Assembly: GCF_009914755.1 (NCBI RefSeq)
Contig: NC_060941.1
DNA length: 64,000 nucleotides
Source: the human T2T-CHM13v2.0 reference genome, Homo sapiens
Direction: 5' to 3' (one strand)
A program made the position numbers and the translations under genes. Each line of letters starts with the position of its first letter. Position 1 is the first letter of the stretch. Under the pieces are notes generated by a model, which was not told the origin of the DNA, made no database searches, and worked only from the letters and a program-made list of their open reading frames with translations. This document shows positions 39,479 to 51,681 of this stretch, piece after piece.

Positions 39479-39600
39479 CTGAGGGCCACCTTGAGGGCCT
39501 TGGGCCCGTGGTACTTGGTGCTGACGGCCAGCGCGTTCTCCAGGAAGCGCAGCGACAGGTCGTACTCCATCACCCCGTGCAGCACCAGCCCGATGTTGTT
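39479..39600 (-). CDS. CLUH: CLUH exon 22 ([41 protein letters not shown]; TPR)
   Basis: cag / gtgagg, 122 bp. Confidence 0.96.
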
Positions 39601-39688
39601 CTGGGGGCAGGCGGTGGGGGGCCCTGGTCAGCTCCCGGTCCCCTGGGATGGAGCTGGGTCCCTGCCGCCCCCCCGCCCCAGCACTCAC

Positions 39689-39814
39689 GTCCAGCAGCGC
39701 CATCTCGGGGTGGTCTTCCCCGAACACCAGCAGCATGAGGTAGCGGGCGCGGTACAGCAGGCTCAGGGCGGTGGACAGCTGGCTGCTGGCGAAGCAGTAC
39801 AGGGCCAGGTGCAT
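39689..39814 (-). CDS. CLUH: CLUH exon 21 ([42 protein letters not shown])
   Basis: cag / gtgagt, 126 bp. Confidence 0.96.
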
Positions 39815-39897
39815 CTGCGGGCGGGGCGGAGACAGGTCAGGGTGGCCGCGGACCCAGCCCCTCGCATCCCCCGGCGCGGGCGGCACTCGCGACTCAC

Positions 39898-39978
39898 GTA
39901 TTCCTGGATGGTGTTGGGGTGCTCGGTGCCCATCACCCGCTCGCTCATCAGCACCGCCTTCTGCTGGTTACTCAGGGC
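39898..39978 (-). CDS. CLUH: CLUH exon 20 ([27 protein letters not shown])
   Basis: cag / gtgagt, 81 bp. Confidence 0.96.
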
Positions 39979-40037
39979 CTGGGGAGAGACAGTGGTGGTT
40001 GCCGCGGCGTGGGAACCCCCACTGCACCCAGAGCCCG
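39979..40037 (-). ncRNA. MIR6776: miR-6776 precursor (5'-tailed mirtron ending at the splice acceptor)
   Basis: CGGGCUCUGGGUGCAGUGGGGGUUCCCACGCCGCGGCAACCACCACUGUCUCUCCCCAG hairpin whose 3' end is the intron AG; name from recall. Confidence 0.82.
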
Positions 40038-40166
40038 CCTGGCCCCGGCCCAGCAGCCCACGGTGCCGCTCTGCAGGCTCCTGTCCCCTCCGGCTGCGCC
40101 CAGCACAGTGCAGCAGGGGGGAGGGGGATCAGCAGCAGCTGCTGCCACACCTTGAAGGGCAGGTCA

Positions 40167-40612
<446 letters not shown>

Positions 40613-41028
40613 CTAACCCTGAAACAGCCCTGGCCAGGCAGGGCACCCAGAACCCCACCACAGCCTCCACCAGCCCCGGCCAGGCAGGGCACCCAGAACC
40701 CCACAGCCTGCACTGGGCACAGAGGACGTGGGAGCTCGGTGGCATGCTTCCTGCCCACTCACGGAGTCTCAGGAGGCGTCCTTGCTGACGCCCTGTGGGG
40801 GGGTCCCCTGCCATCGCCTCCCAGAACTGACCTCACCGCAGCACAGGGTGCTCCTGAGCTCTCCCGCTCGGGACACAGTTACAGAGGGGTGGAGCCAGGG
40901 GTGGCCTGGGCAGAACCAGCGACTTCCTGGGGTCTCCCTGGACTCCACCCACTCCTCCGTCAGGGGCCCCCTCACTCCCCATCCCCCAACACGAGGCCAG
41001 GCCTTTGCTGCCACAGCCCAGAGGGTAC

Positions 41029-41168
41029 CTCTGCGTAGTCGCCCATGATGTAGTGGAGGCGGGCGAGGAGGCGCAGGCAGGCGCAGGTCTCCACGTGCAT
41101 GGCTCCGTAGACGTTGTTAAACAGGTTCAGGGCCTCATTGATGAGCTCACAGCCCTCCTTCAGGAAGC
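41029..41168 (-). CDS. CLUH: CLUH exon 19 ([46 protein letters not shown])
   Basis: cag / gtaccc, 140 bp. Confidence 0.96.
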
Positions 41169-41251
41169 CTGCAGGGCACCCCCAGGGGTGGCAAGGTCAG
41201 GACGGGCCATGGGGAACCCCCACCTCCACCCAGCCCCACCTGGCCACACAC

Positions 41252-41405
41252 CCTGCTGCACTTTGGCCTGCCCGCTCTGGAAGAAATGGAAGGCATCCGA
41301 GGCCTTGGGGTTGACGTGCTTGACCACGGGGAAGATGTTGAGCACGTCCTCCTCGGTGAACGCGGGCTTGTGGCGACTGTCGAAGCTGTACTCCTTCAGC
41401 AGGAC
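41252..41405 (-). CDS. CLUH: CLUH exon 18 ([16 protein letters not shown]...GQAKVQQG)
   Basis: cag / gtgtgt, 154 bp. Confidence 0.96.
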
Positions 41406-41597
41406 CTGGGGGGCAGCCCCCCCACCACAGGAAGCCTCAGGCCCAGGTTCAGCGGGTTGGCACCTCCCAACCCACCAACGCTTGCGCACAGACGGCTACC
41501 GTGAAAAAGCCACTTCCCCTGTGGCCCTGGCCAGGAGTGGGAGCCTGCAGCAGGGACGCAGCGGGGACACAGCGGGGATGCTGTGAGCCATGCCCAC

Positions 41598-41682
41598 CTG
41601 GATCCCTGTTTTCAGCGAGATCTCCCGCAGGAGCGTTATCTTCTGCAGGCCGTAGGTCTCCACAGCCTGGTCCACGGTCTCA
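41598..41682 (-). CDS. CLUH: CLUH exon 17 ([28 protein letters not shown])
   Basis: cag / gtgggc, 85 bp. Confidence 0.96.
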
Positions 41683-41974
41683 CTGAGGAGGGAGCAGGGG
41701 GCCTGAGCAGCCCAAGCACCGCCGGGCCCCCCCAACACCGCCCCACCCAGCTCCCCAACGCTGTCCAGCCCGGGCCCCCAACACTGCCCCACCCGGCCCC
41801 CGGGAGCCTCCCGGCTGCCCTCACCCTCCAGCACCCAGTGATCTCCACAGCTGCTCCCTCTTCTCTCTGACTCCCTGGCCTATGACCACAGGCCTTAGAC
41901 GCCATCTGGGAGCAGGTGGTGGCCGCCTCATCTGCCCAATCCCACCCACCCCACCGCCCCTGCCCCGCACGCAC

Positions 41975-42219
41975 CACTCGAGGTCGAAGTCAAAGTAGTT
42001 CTTGGCCTCCTGGCAGATGTTCTTCCAGAGCTCCTGGGGGGTCATGACAGCCCAGGCTGTGTTATCTGCAGCCCCCGGGGGCCGGTTTTTCCTCCTCTTA
42101 TTCCGCTTCTTGGAGACCAGCTCGTCGGCGGGCAGGTGGGCCACGGGGTTTGGGTAGGAGCTCAGGAAGCAGTTCAGGAAGTGGCTGATGGCGGCTGAGA
42201 GGCCGGAGAGCTCGACTCC
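41975..42219 (-). CDS. CLUH: CLUH exon 16 ([18 protein letters not shown]...[10 protein letters not shown])
   Basis: cag / gtgcgt, 245 bp. Confidence 0.96.
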
Positions 42220-42335
42220 CTGCGAGGCAGGTTGGATCCGAGTCATGAGGGCCCTCAGCCCCACCTCAGGCTCTTTCCCGACGCCCCACACCACCCTGGG
42301 AGGCCATGGCCAGCCGCAGAGCGGACGGGTGGCAC

Positions 42336-42398
42336 CTGTAAGTACGTCTTGAAGATGTGCTTGGCCGAGCGGGTGATGAGTTCTCCAATGCCGATTTT
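42336..42398 (-). CDS. CLUH: CLUH exon 15 ([21 protein letters not shown])
   Basis: cag / gtgcca, 63 bp. Confidence 0.95.
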
Positions 42399-42491
42399 CT
42401 GGAAGGATTCAGAAGGGAGGTCTTGGTCAGGCCCCCGGCCTCCATCCCAGCCCCACAGCTCCGGTTCCGCCCCACCCCGGGCAGCACTCAC

Positions 42492-42644
42492 AAAGACGTG
42501 GTCCAGCTGGTGGCGGGCCGGGCTCCGCAGCACCAGCTCCAGCACCTTGCCCAGGTAGCGCATGTTGATGCCCCGCTGGCGCATCACCTCTGCCAGCGTT
42601 GCCCCGTCCACGGGCAGGACCGCGTGCTCCATGCAGTCCTTCAC
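42492..42644 (-). CDS. CLUH: CLUH exon 14 ([32 protein letters not shown]...LDHVF)
   Basis: cag / gtgagt, 153 bp; CLU-central RGINMRYLG motif. Confidence 0.96.
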
Positions 42645-43276
42645 CTGCGGGCTGCAGCAGCTCAGGCCCCCACCCAGCTCCTCTGCCTCCACCCAACTGA
42701 GTCCTTCTGGGGGAGCACAGCTATCCTGGGAGGCCCTGGAGAAGGACCCCGAAGGCTCCAGCTCCCAGTCAGGATGTCAGAATGTGCCCAGCCTCTGGCA
42801 GGAGCGCAGGCCAAGAACCAAGAGCCCGGTGGTGGTACAGGCCCCCTCTAACCATGTGGGAGAAGCAGAGGTGCCCGCTTGGGGGCACTACTTGACCCCC
42901 AGCCCCGTGTCCTGAGGCTTGGAGGCCACGGTGTTGGGGGAGCACCCAGCATCCTGGGACCAGACACAGAGCCTGCGGGAGGAGGAGGAGGATGGGCAGC
43001 CCCCACTGAGCTCTGGCCCCGTCCCCCAGCCATGCCACCATCCAGGGCTCAGAAGACTGGATTACCAGCTGCCAGCCCACACGGTGGGCTCAGCAAGGCC
43101 TGTGCCCTTGACCTCTGGGGGTCAGGCTCCCCATCTGTCAAACGGGGATGCCCACTCAGGGAAAGCTGAAAAAGTCACTCCTGCGAGCCTGTGTTCATGG
43201 GCCTCCAAGTCGGAGACAGATGAGGGACCAGCACCCTCCACACAAGCCCCACCCAGCCCCGCAGCCCCTCCCTCAC

Positions 43277-43377
43277 CAAGCCAGGGATCTGGCAGGAGAG
43301 CAGGAAGGCAGCCGCGTCCTTCAGCAGCTGCTTCTGGTCCCGAACTTCATCCTGGCAGGACTCAGGGAAACGAACCC
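43277..43377 (-). CDS. CLUH: CLUH exon 13 ([33 protein letters not shown])
   Basis: cag / gtgagg, 101 bp. Confidence 0.95.
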
Positions 43378-43551
43378 CTGGAGGAGGGAGAGCAGAGAGG
43401 CTGAGCCAGGCAGTGGCAAGACAAATGCCGCCTGGGGCTGGCGGGGGAAGCGCTCAGATGGGGGACAAACCCACCAGCCCCAAGGGCCCAGGCCCCCCAG
43501 CGAAGCTCTGGCCCTGGAGGGCTCCTGCGCTGGCCGGCCCCCACCACCTGC

Positions 43552-43656
43552 CTGGTGAGAAGATGTCAGGATTGAAGCGAATGTCGAAGGCGGTGCTGCT
43601 GATGGAGCCGACCGCCTTGCACGCGTTGCGGATCACCTCCCGGCTCCGAGGGTCTG
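43552..43656 (-). CDS. CLUH: CLUH exon 12 ((A)[35 protein letters not shown])
   Basis: CAGCAG tandem acceptor (43656 or 43653); GC donor required by phase. Confidence 0.92.
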
Positions 43657-43836
43657 CTGTGGAGACATGGCTCCATGAGACACGGGTCCCCTCTGCCACC
43701 GGTGGAGCTGGGCTGCGCCAAGCCTCGCCCCCTAGCTCCTTGCAGAGATGTCTGCCAGCCTCTCCCAGGTGGGGGTCATAAGCCACCCTGGCAGGGCCAG
43801 CCCGGGCTCTCTCCCGGCCATCTGCAGCAGCCCCAC

Positions 43837-44060
43837 CTGTGCCGTCGTCTGCGGCGATGGTCTCTGCCAGCTCCTTCACCTTGGCCAGGCCGCTGGCGCT
43901 GCTACCCTCCTCCTCACTTCCCGCCTCCTGTCCTGGAGGATCCTCAGACTTGGACTCCAAGGAGGAAGGACCACCATTTTCCAGGGAGGAGGGGGTCTCC
44001 AGCTGGCTGGCGTTCTGCTGCATCAGCTGCAAGGCGGCCAGCTTCATAAAGAGGAGGTAC
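43837..44060 (-). CDS. CLUH: CLUH exon 11 ([15 protein letters not shown]...ETIAADDGT)
   Basis: cag / gtgggg, 224 bp. Confidence 0.96.
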
Positions 44061-44235
44061 CTGGAGCAGAGGAAACAGGGCAGAGCAGGAGCTGGACATC
44101 GGGGAGAGGAGCTCTGCTGGCCCACGGCTCCCGGCAGCTGGGGCTCCACACCCCGCAGGCATAGGGCACCTCCTGGCCGGTGTGCATGAGTCAACGCAGA
44201 AAAACCAAGATCTCCCAAGACAGGAAGAAAAAGGC

Positions 44236-44583
<348 letters not shown>

Positions 44584-45013
44584 TCAGGGCTCTCAACAGT
44601 GACAGGAAGCCACTGGCATTTGAGAGTTACTCATGCTGTGGGACCTCTGACATGGCCATTTCCCCATTTCCTAAGCACTAAACACCAGCGGCGGGGACCC
44701 CCGGTGCCCCACCTGCCCGCCCCAGCACGGGGACAGTCACAGCCACCCAGACTTCCAAGTGCTCCTTAAGAGAACAGTGTCCGCCACAGCCACATTACCC
44801 GCCTGGCTGCTCGCGAGTCTGCAGCCCGGGTTTCTGCGCTCGGGAGCCTGACAGCAGGGCAGGTGGGGACGGGTCTCCAATGACTGTGGCTAGACGGAGC
44901 CCTTCTTCACTCTCCAGCGCTTCTCCCTTCAAGGACCCAACCCCGGATCCACCCAGGGCGCCCGCACTCCCTGCAGCTGGCCCCGGCCCTGGTCCGGCAG
45001 GGCCGCCCCTCAC

Positions 45014-45708
45014 CTGTGCTCCACGAAGGCGTCCACCAGCTCCTGGCGCAGGCAGCAGAGCTTGTGCCGGTGGGCGCGGGGGAAGCCGGCGCGGGCACAT
45101 TCCTCAGGCAGCTCCTCGCCAGGCACGGGCAGGAAGTTGAGGTCCGGGGGGAAGGTGCGCAGCAGGTCGAGGATGTAGTGGCGCCCGTCGTTGCCAATGA
45201 TGCCCTTGCACTCGACCGAGGAGCAGAGCTCCACCTCCTCGTCACGGTCGTTGAGCACCTGGTGCCGCAGGATCTTGAGGGGCCGACTCGTGCGCTCCAG
45301 CAGCTCCAGGTACCGCGGGTGTGACACCACGGTCTTGCCGAAGTCGATGGAGCCGTAGATGACGCTCTGCTCCTGGTCCCGCTCCAGGATGCCGGGGATG
45401 ATGGACTGGGCCGTGACCCGGTAGCCGCGGTAATCCACCACCACCGTGCCCAGCGTGTACAGCCCCTCCACGTCCACCGCGTTGTACGTGCGGACGCCAT
45501 TCAGGTCGTTGGTGGGCGCCACGTAGGCCGCCACGTCCCCCCCGAAGTCCTTGTAGTGGTCTCGGACGTCGAAGCCCAGGCTGAAGAAGATGTTGTTCCA
45601 GATGAACATCTGCATCTTGGTCTCCTCGCTGGGGTTGATGGCCATCACGTTGCCGTCAATGACGGCCATGGCGCCCCTGGTGGCTGCCGCGGTGAAGTCG
45701 CTGTGCAC
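45014..45708 (-). CDS. CLUH: CLUH exon 10 (Clu domain core: [19 protein letters not shown]...[17 protein letters not shown]...[18 protein letters not shown])
   Basis: cag / gtgagg, 695 bp; ORF track 45010-45849. Confidence 0.98.
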
Positions 45709-45848
45709 CTGGCGGGGGTCGAGGAGGGCAGGGTTAGAGGCCGCGCCCACAAGAGCCTGCATCCACCTGGCCAAGCGCACGCACCTAGACCGCGGAGGCA
45801 ACCGGGCCTGCCTTGGAAACCCAAGGACCCGGAGCCTCAGTTTCCTCA

Positions 45849-47046
<1,198 letters not shown>

Positions 47047-47498
47047 TGAGATTTTTTTTTTCTTAAGCAACTGCTTTTCCTCATTTCTCTTAGTAACCCA
47101 GCACTAATAACTTTTAAACCCCAGCAAACTAAAAGTGTTATGCAAATGAGCACCCGCCCTAGAAGGGCCATGGCCGGCCAGTGCTCGCCCAGGCAAAAGC
47201 CCCGCAGCAGTCACAGAGGGCGGGAAGCTGCACGGCCCTGGACACTCAGTCCCTACGGGAAGTAGGGCCCGCTCCTCCCAGGGACTCAAAGCCTCAGAGA
47301 GGCCAGAGAAAGGTACTGGGATGGTCTGCTGGGAGGCGGAAGGCTAGCAGACCCTGCGGGAGACGCTGACTGGCCTTCGGGGAACCTGACAGGGTTAGGG
47401 CTGCCCCTGCCTCCCTTGCTTTCCTCCTCTCCATGAGAAAACCCGTCAGCAGGTGGACAGCGGGCCTCAGACTGCCGGTCAGCAGAGGCTGCAGGCAC

Positions 47499-47591
47499 CT
47501 TGAATATGGCCCTTTCTCGGAGCAGCCGCTCAGGCAGGTTCTTGCGAGGCAGCTCCCTCGTCGTCTGCAGCTCCTCATTCCAGTCTCGGGT
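47499..47591 (-). CDS. CLUH: CLUH exon 9 ([31 protein letters not shown])
   Basis: cag / gtgcct, 93 bp; RDWNEE Clu motif. Confidence 0.96.
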
Positions 47592-47794
47592 CTGCAGAGA
47601 GATCAGGGAGGGAAAAACGAGCTCAGCCTGTGCCCTGTGACCTGCTCCCGGAAGTCGCTCCTTCTACCTTCCTGAGAAGAGCCCCAGACTCCCAAATGAA
47701 GTCAAGCATGGGGCCTCCAGGGAAGTGCACGGAACCAGCCCAGCACCCAGGAGGGCAGGGGTGCCCAGCGAGGGCAGGGCCAGGTTGCAGGCAC

Positions 47795-47942
47795 CTGTCC
47801 AGGAATGTGCTCCTCATAGCCCAGCCTCGAGGTGTAGGCGTCCTCTGCACGCACGCAATCCATGGCATGCTCCGCCTGGGGGGCTGTCCAGCTGTACACC
47901 TGGAATGGGGTGGCGATCCTCTCGAACGGGTGGCGCTGGACC
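47795..47942 (-). CDS. CLUH: CLUH exon 8 ([18 protein letters not shown]...GYEEHIPGQ)
   Basis: cag / gtgcct, 148 bp. Confidence 0.96.
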
Positions 47943-48256
47943 CTGTGGCAGGCAGGGGAGGGGGAGATGGGGCAGCCCACCAAGCTCAGAGCCCTTCCAC
48001 GGGCCCCTTTTCTGAGGCCCCCGCCTGCTCCGGCATCTCCCACCCTGAGACACTGCCCTGGAGCCAGATGGAAGTGCACGGGCGCCTCTCCTGCGGCTGC
48101 TGTCTCGGCACTGGCCGACAGCTCCCTAGAGCGGGGACTCCAACACTGGGGGCCCAGGGCGGTTTCTTCAGACAGAAGCACTGGAGTGCAGGTGGGCTGG
48201 CTCACCCCATGCCCCCGTGTGCCATGAGACAAGGCGGGAGGGGACAAAGGCACTAC

Positions 48257-48382
48257 CTTTTCTTCTGCAGCACAGCGAAGTTCTTCTTGAAGGTCGGGCT
48301 GATCTGGTTGAGCAGCTCCACTAGGGAATGGCTTAGGAAGCGGGGGCTGGCGGGCTTGGGGTTGAAGTGATAAGCTGTGGAC
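48257..48382 (-). CDS. CLUH: CLUH exon 7 ([42 protein letters not shown])
   Basis: cag / gtagtg, 126 bp. Confidence 0.96.
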
Positions 48383-48482
48383 CTGCAGGGAGAGGGCGGG
48401 CACTGAGCGGGGGCCCAGGTGTCTGCCCAGACCCAGGACGGCTGGCACGGCAGGGGGGTGTGGTGGGCTGGCAGGGACTCAC

Positions 48483-48637
48483 TGATTCAGGTAAAAGCCC
48501 CGTGTGGACGCGGTGATGCTGACTTGCCGGTCCTCGGCTGTGATCACAAACAGGTACATGAGGTCCCCGTGCATCTTCCGGTTCCCCGGGGGCGGGTTCC
48601 ATCCGCTCATGGTGAGTACTTTCAGGCACTGCAAGGG
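48483..48637 (-). CDS. CLUH: CLUH exon 6 ([29 protein letters not shown]...TRGFYLNQ)
   Basis: aag / gtgagt, 155 bp; SGWNPPP motif. Confidence 0.94.
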
Positions 48638-48729
48638 CTTCGGGAGCGGCCGAGTCTGAGGGGCCAGGCCTCTGGTGTGGGGCCTCCACCCCGCCAGGGA
48701 CCCTCTTCCTCCCTCCCCCAGGATCCTAC

Positions 48730-48854
48730 CTTCCAGTCACGGTTTTGGGGCTGCAGGGGACACAGTGGCCGCTCCCGGCTCCCTGGCAGGATGTACTCGG
48801 GTGGTGTGCAGTCGATGGGGTCCATCTCCAAGCCCTTCTTCCGCTTCCCGCTGT
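48730..48854 (-). CDS. CLUH: CLUH exon 5 ([24 protein letters not shown]...QNRDWK)
   Basis: cag / gtagga, 125 bp. Confidence 0.95.
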
Positions 48855-49030
48855 CTGAGGGACCCGAGGCTGGTGGTCAGCACAGGGCCACCCAGGGCCA
48901 GCTGTCTCCCTACCTCCTGATGGCCGTGGTCCGGGTGCCTCAGGCCCAGGCCCCTCGGCCCCTTCTCCAGCCCCCCACCTCCGTGCTCCCCGCCCTTTGG
49001 CCCAATCCCCGGCCCCAGTGCCTCCCGCAC

Positions 49031-49174
49031 CTCCCAGGTCGCCGTCGGTGAAGACACTCAGGAAGGACAAGGAGTTGCAGTCAACCCCGTTGAAGGCATC
49101 GGATGGGTCCAGGCTCTTGAGCAGGTCTCGGACATGGCGCACGTGGATGCGGGCCTCACGCACCGTGTACGGCT
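49031..49174 (-). CDS. CLUH: CLUH exon 4 ([27 protein letters not shown]...TDGDLG)
   Basis: cag / gtgcgg, 144 bp. Confidence 0.96.
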
Positions 49175-49937
49175 CTGTCAGGAAGGCAGGGAGGGTATGG
49201 CGTTACCAGGGCCCTGCACCCTGAACAACCTGCCCAGCACAAAACAGGTTTTGGAGGTGCTAACACAGTGGTTTTAATTTTCAACTTTAGGTTTCCGTTT
49301 TCAAATTCCACTGTGAACACATAAGCTGGAGTTCTGGTTTTGACACCACAAACACACACACACACACACTCTGCCTACTGGTGAGCAGGGATCTTTGTTT
49401 ATAAAGAACTTTCTGCCAAATGCCTCTGAAGCACACACAGGCCTCAGGCGTCCACAAGGCTGCCTGCTTTTGTGCGCCAGTGTGTCGGCTGGGCAGGGCT
49501 TTTGGAGCTGTGGGACTTCCACACCACAGCCTTGCCCTGCTCTCCCGAGGCAGCCTCATGTAGGGGTGGCCTGAGGACTTTCCAAGGCCCCCAATGTCAA
49601 CACTGCCCCTATGTGGTTTCATGGGATTTTAATGGCAGTTCTTTTGGTGGAGGGGAGAGGTTCCGTGATCAACTGTGGGCGCTGTTGAGCTACAGACCTT
49701 TTCCGTCACTGCTCTCAACAGGCGGACAGGCCCTGGGGTGGAACCCAAGCAGCTTCTACCCAGAAAACTCGAGGCCACAGACCAACCGGATGGCACCTCC
49801 CCGTGCCCGACCTCCCCACTCTAGGGCTAGGAAACGTTTGGGACTTCTCATGGATCTCTACAGAACTGAACTGCGCTGACTTCACGCCCTGGGATGGTAC
49901 TGCCTGATTTTTTTTTTTTAGAATCACGGCTCTGTTC

Positions 49938-50300
<363 letters not shown>

Positions 50301-50434
50301 TGAGAAGCAGATCTGTGCTCCAATCCTGCCTCCATGAGCTCATCCGTGACACAGGGACCCTGGCATGGATGGTGCTGCCTGCCTCTGCCTCCGTGGGCCC
50401 TCCCCCGGGCAGGCTGTCCAACTTCCAGACCAAC

Positions 50435-50606
50435 CTTCCACCACACGCAGCACAGAGCCCTCCTGCAGCCCCTCGACGCTGCGCAGCTCCGAGAAGTGGT
50501 CCAGCACGTTGCCATCCAGGTGCAGTGAGAAGCAGGTACGGTGACACGTGTCCTCCCGGTCCATGAGCACCTGGTGAATCTCCTGCACCATCTCCTGGGG
50601 GGACAC
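50435..50606 (-). CDS. CLUH: CLUH exon 3 ([28 protein letters not shown]...LRVVE; CLU_N)
   Basis: cag / gttggt, 172 bp. Confidence 0.96.
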
Positions 50607-51478
50607 CTGCAGGGAGAAGGCCCCGCCCACCCCGGTGAGAGAGCACGTAGCGGGGAGAGAAGGCCCCAACCGCCCCGGTGAGAGGCCACGTAGCGGACAG
50701 CAAGGACAATATCCCCTTGTCCCCAGCCCAAAGTACCTTGGTCCCCAGAATAAATGCCCCAAATACTCGAATATCGGCTATCCCACTTTCTGGCTTTTAA
50801 ATCCAGGCCATGTCCACACATGCCATGCCCTGTGTGTGCAGCCTGGAGCCTGGCCCACCGACTCGGCCTGCAGACCCAGAGCAATGCCCGAGCAGAGAAG
50901 GGAGATGAAGAACAGCGGGACAGAAGACGGCAGGCTCGCCCCCGGCCTTGCCCAGTGCTAAGGTGCCTGGGGCAAATGGCTTTCCCCTTCCAGAAGGGGT
51001 GCTCTGGGGCCCAAGCCTGCGGGTGCCGAGACATACGACGACCCTGTCTCGTTCCCCACTGAGTCACCGGCTTGCAAGACCTCCACGCTGGCTCTGCCCT
51101 TGGAGATAACCCAATACTACCCTCCCCTCTGGCAGATGGTAAAATCACGGCCCAGAGAGAGGTGACTTGCCTGAGGGCACAGAGCAAGAGGCTGGGGAGT
51201 CCTGGGATGCCAACACTTCCCCGCCACTATCACTCCCCTCCCCACATAGGGCTGGCAGGCCCAGCTGGTTGCTGTCCTCTAGCAATGGGGCAACGACCTG
51301 ACCCTGGGCTCGATTCCCACGTCCACCACGCTAGCTGAGTGACTCTAGGGAGGGCACGGGATCCTCAGTTTCCTGCCACAAAGTGGGGCCGGTAGGAGCA
51401 CGAGCAAGGCTGAGCTTTCCAGCTCACCCTCCCCAGCAGGCTCAGGCCTGGCCCCCAGCACCCGTTCCTCCATCTTAC

Positions 51479-51681
51479 CTGCAGGGAGAAGGGCTCGATC
51501 CCAGGGGCGAGGATCTTCACAGAAAAGCCCGTGTCCTGAATGACAATGACTTCCTGGCCGGTGGTCTCATCTCCCGGGCCGGCCTCGTCAAGCCCATTTT
51601 CCCTGGGTGGCTCGGCCGCCGCCGCCTCCTTCTTCAGGCTCTCTGGGCAGTCCCCGTTTAAGAGCATGACTGATGGCAGCT
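51479..51681 (-). CDS. CLUH: CLUH exon 2 ([19 protein letters not shown]...GIEPFSLQ); internal ATG at 51667
   Basis: cag / gtaaga, 203 bp. Confidence 0.96.
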
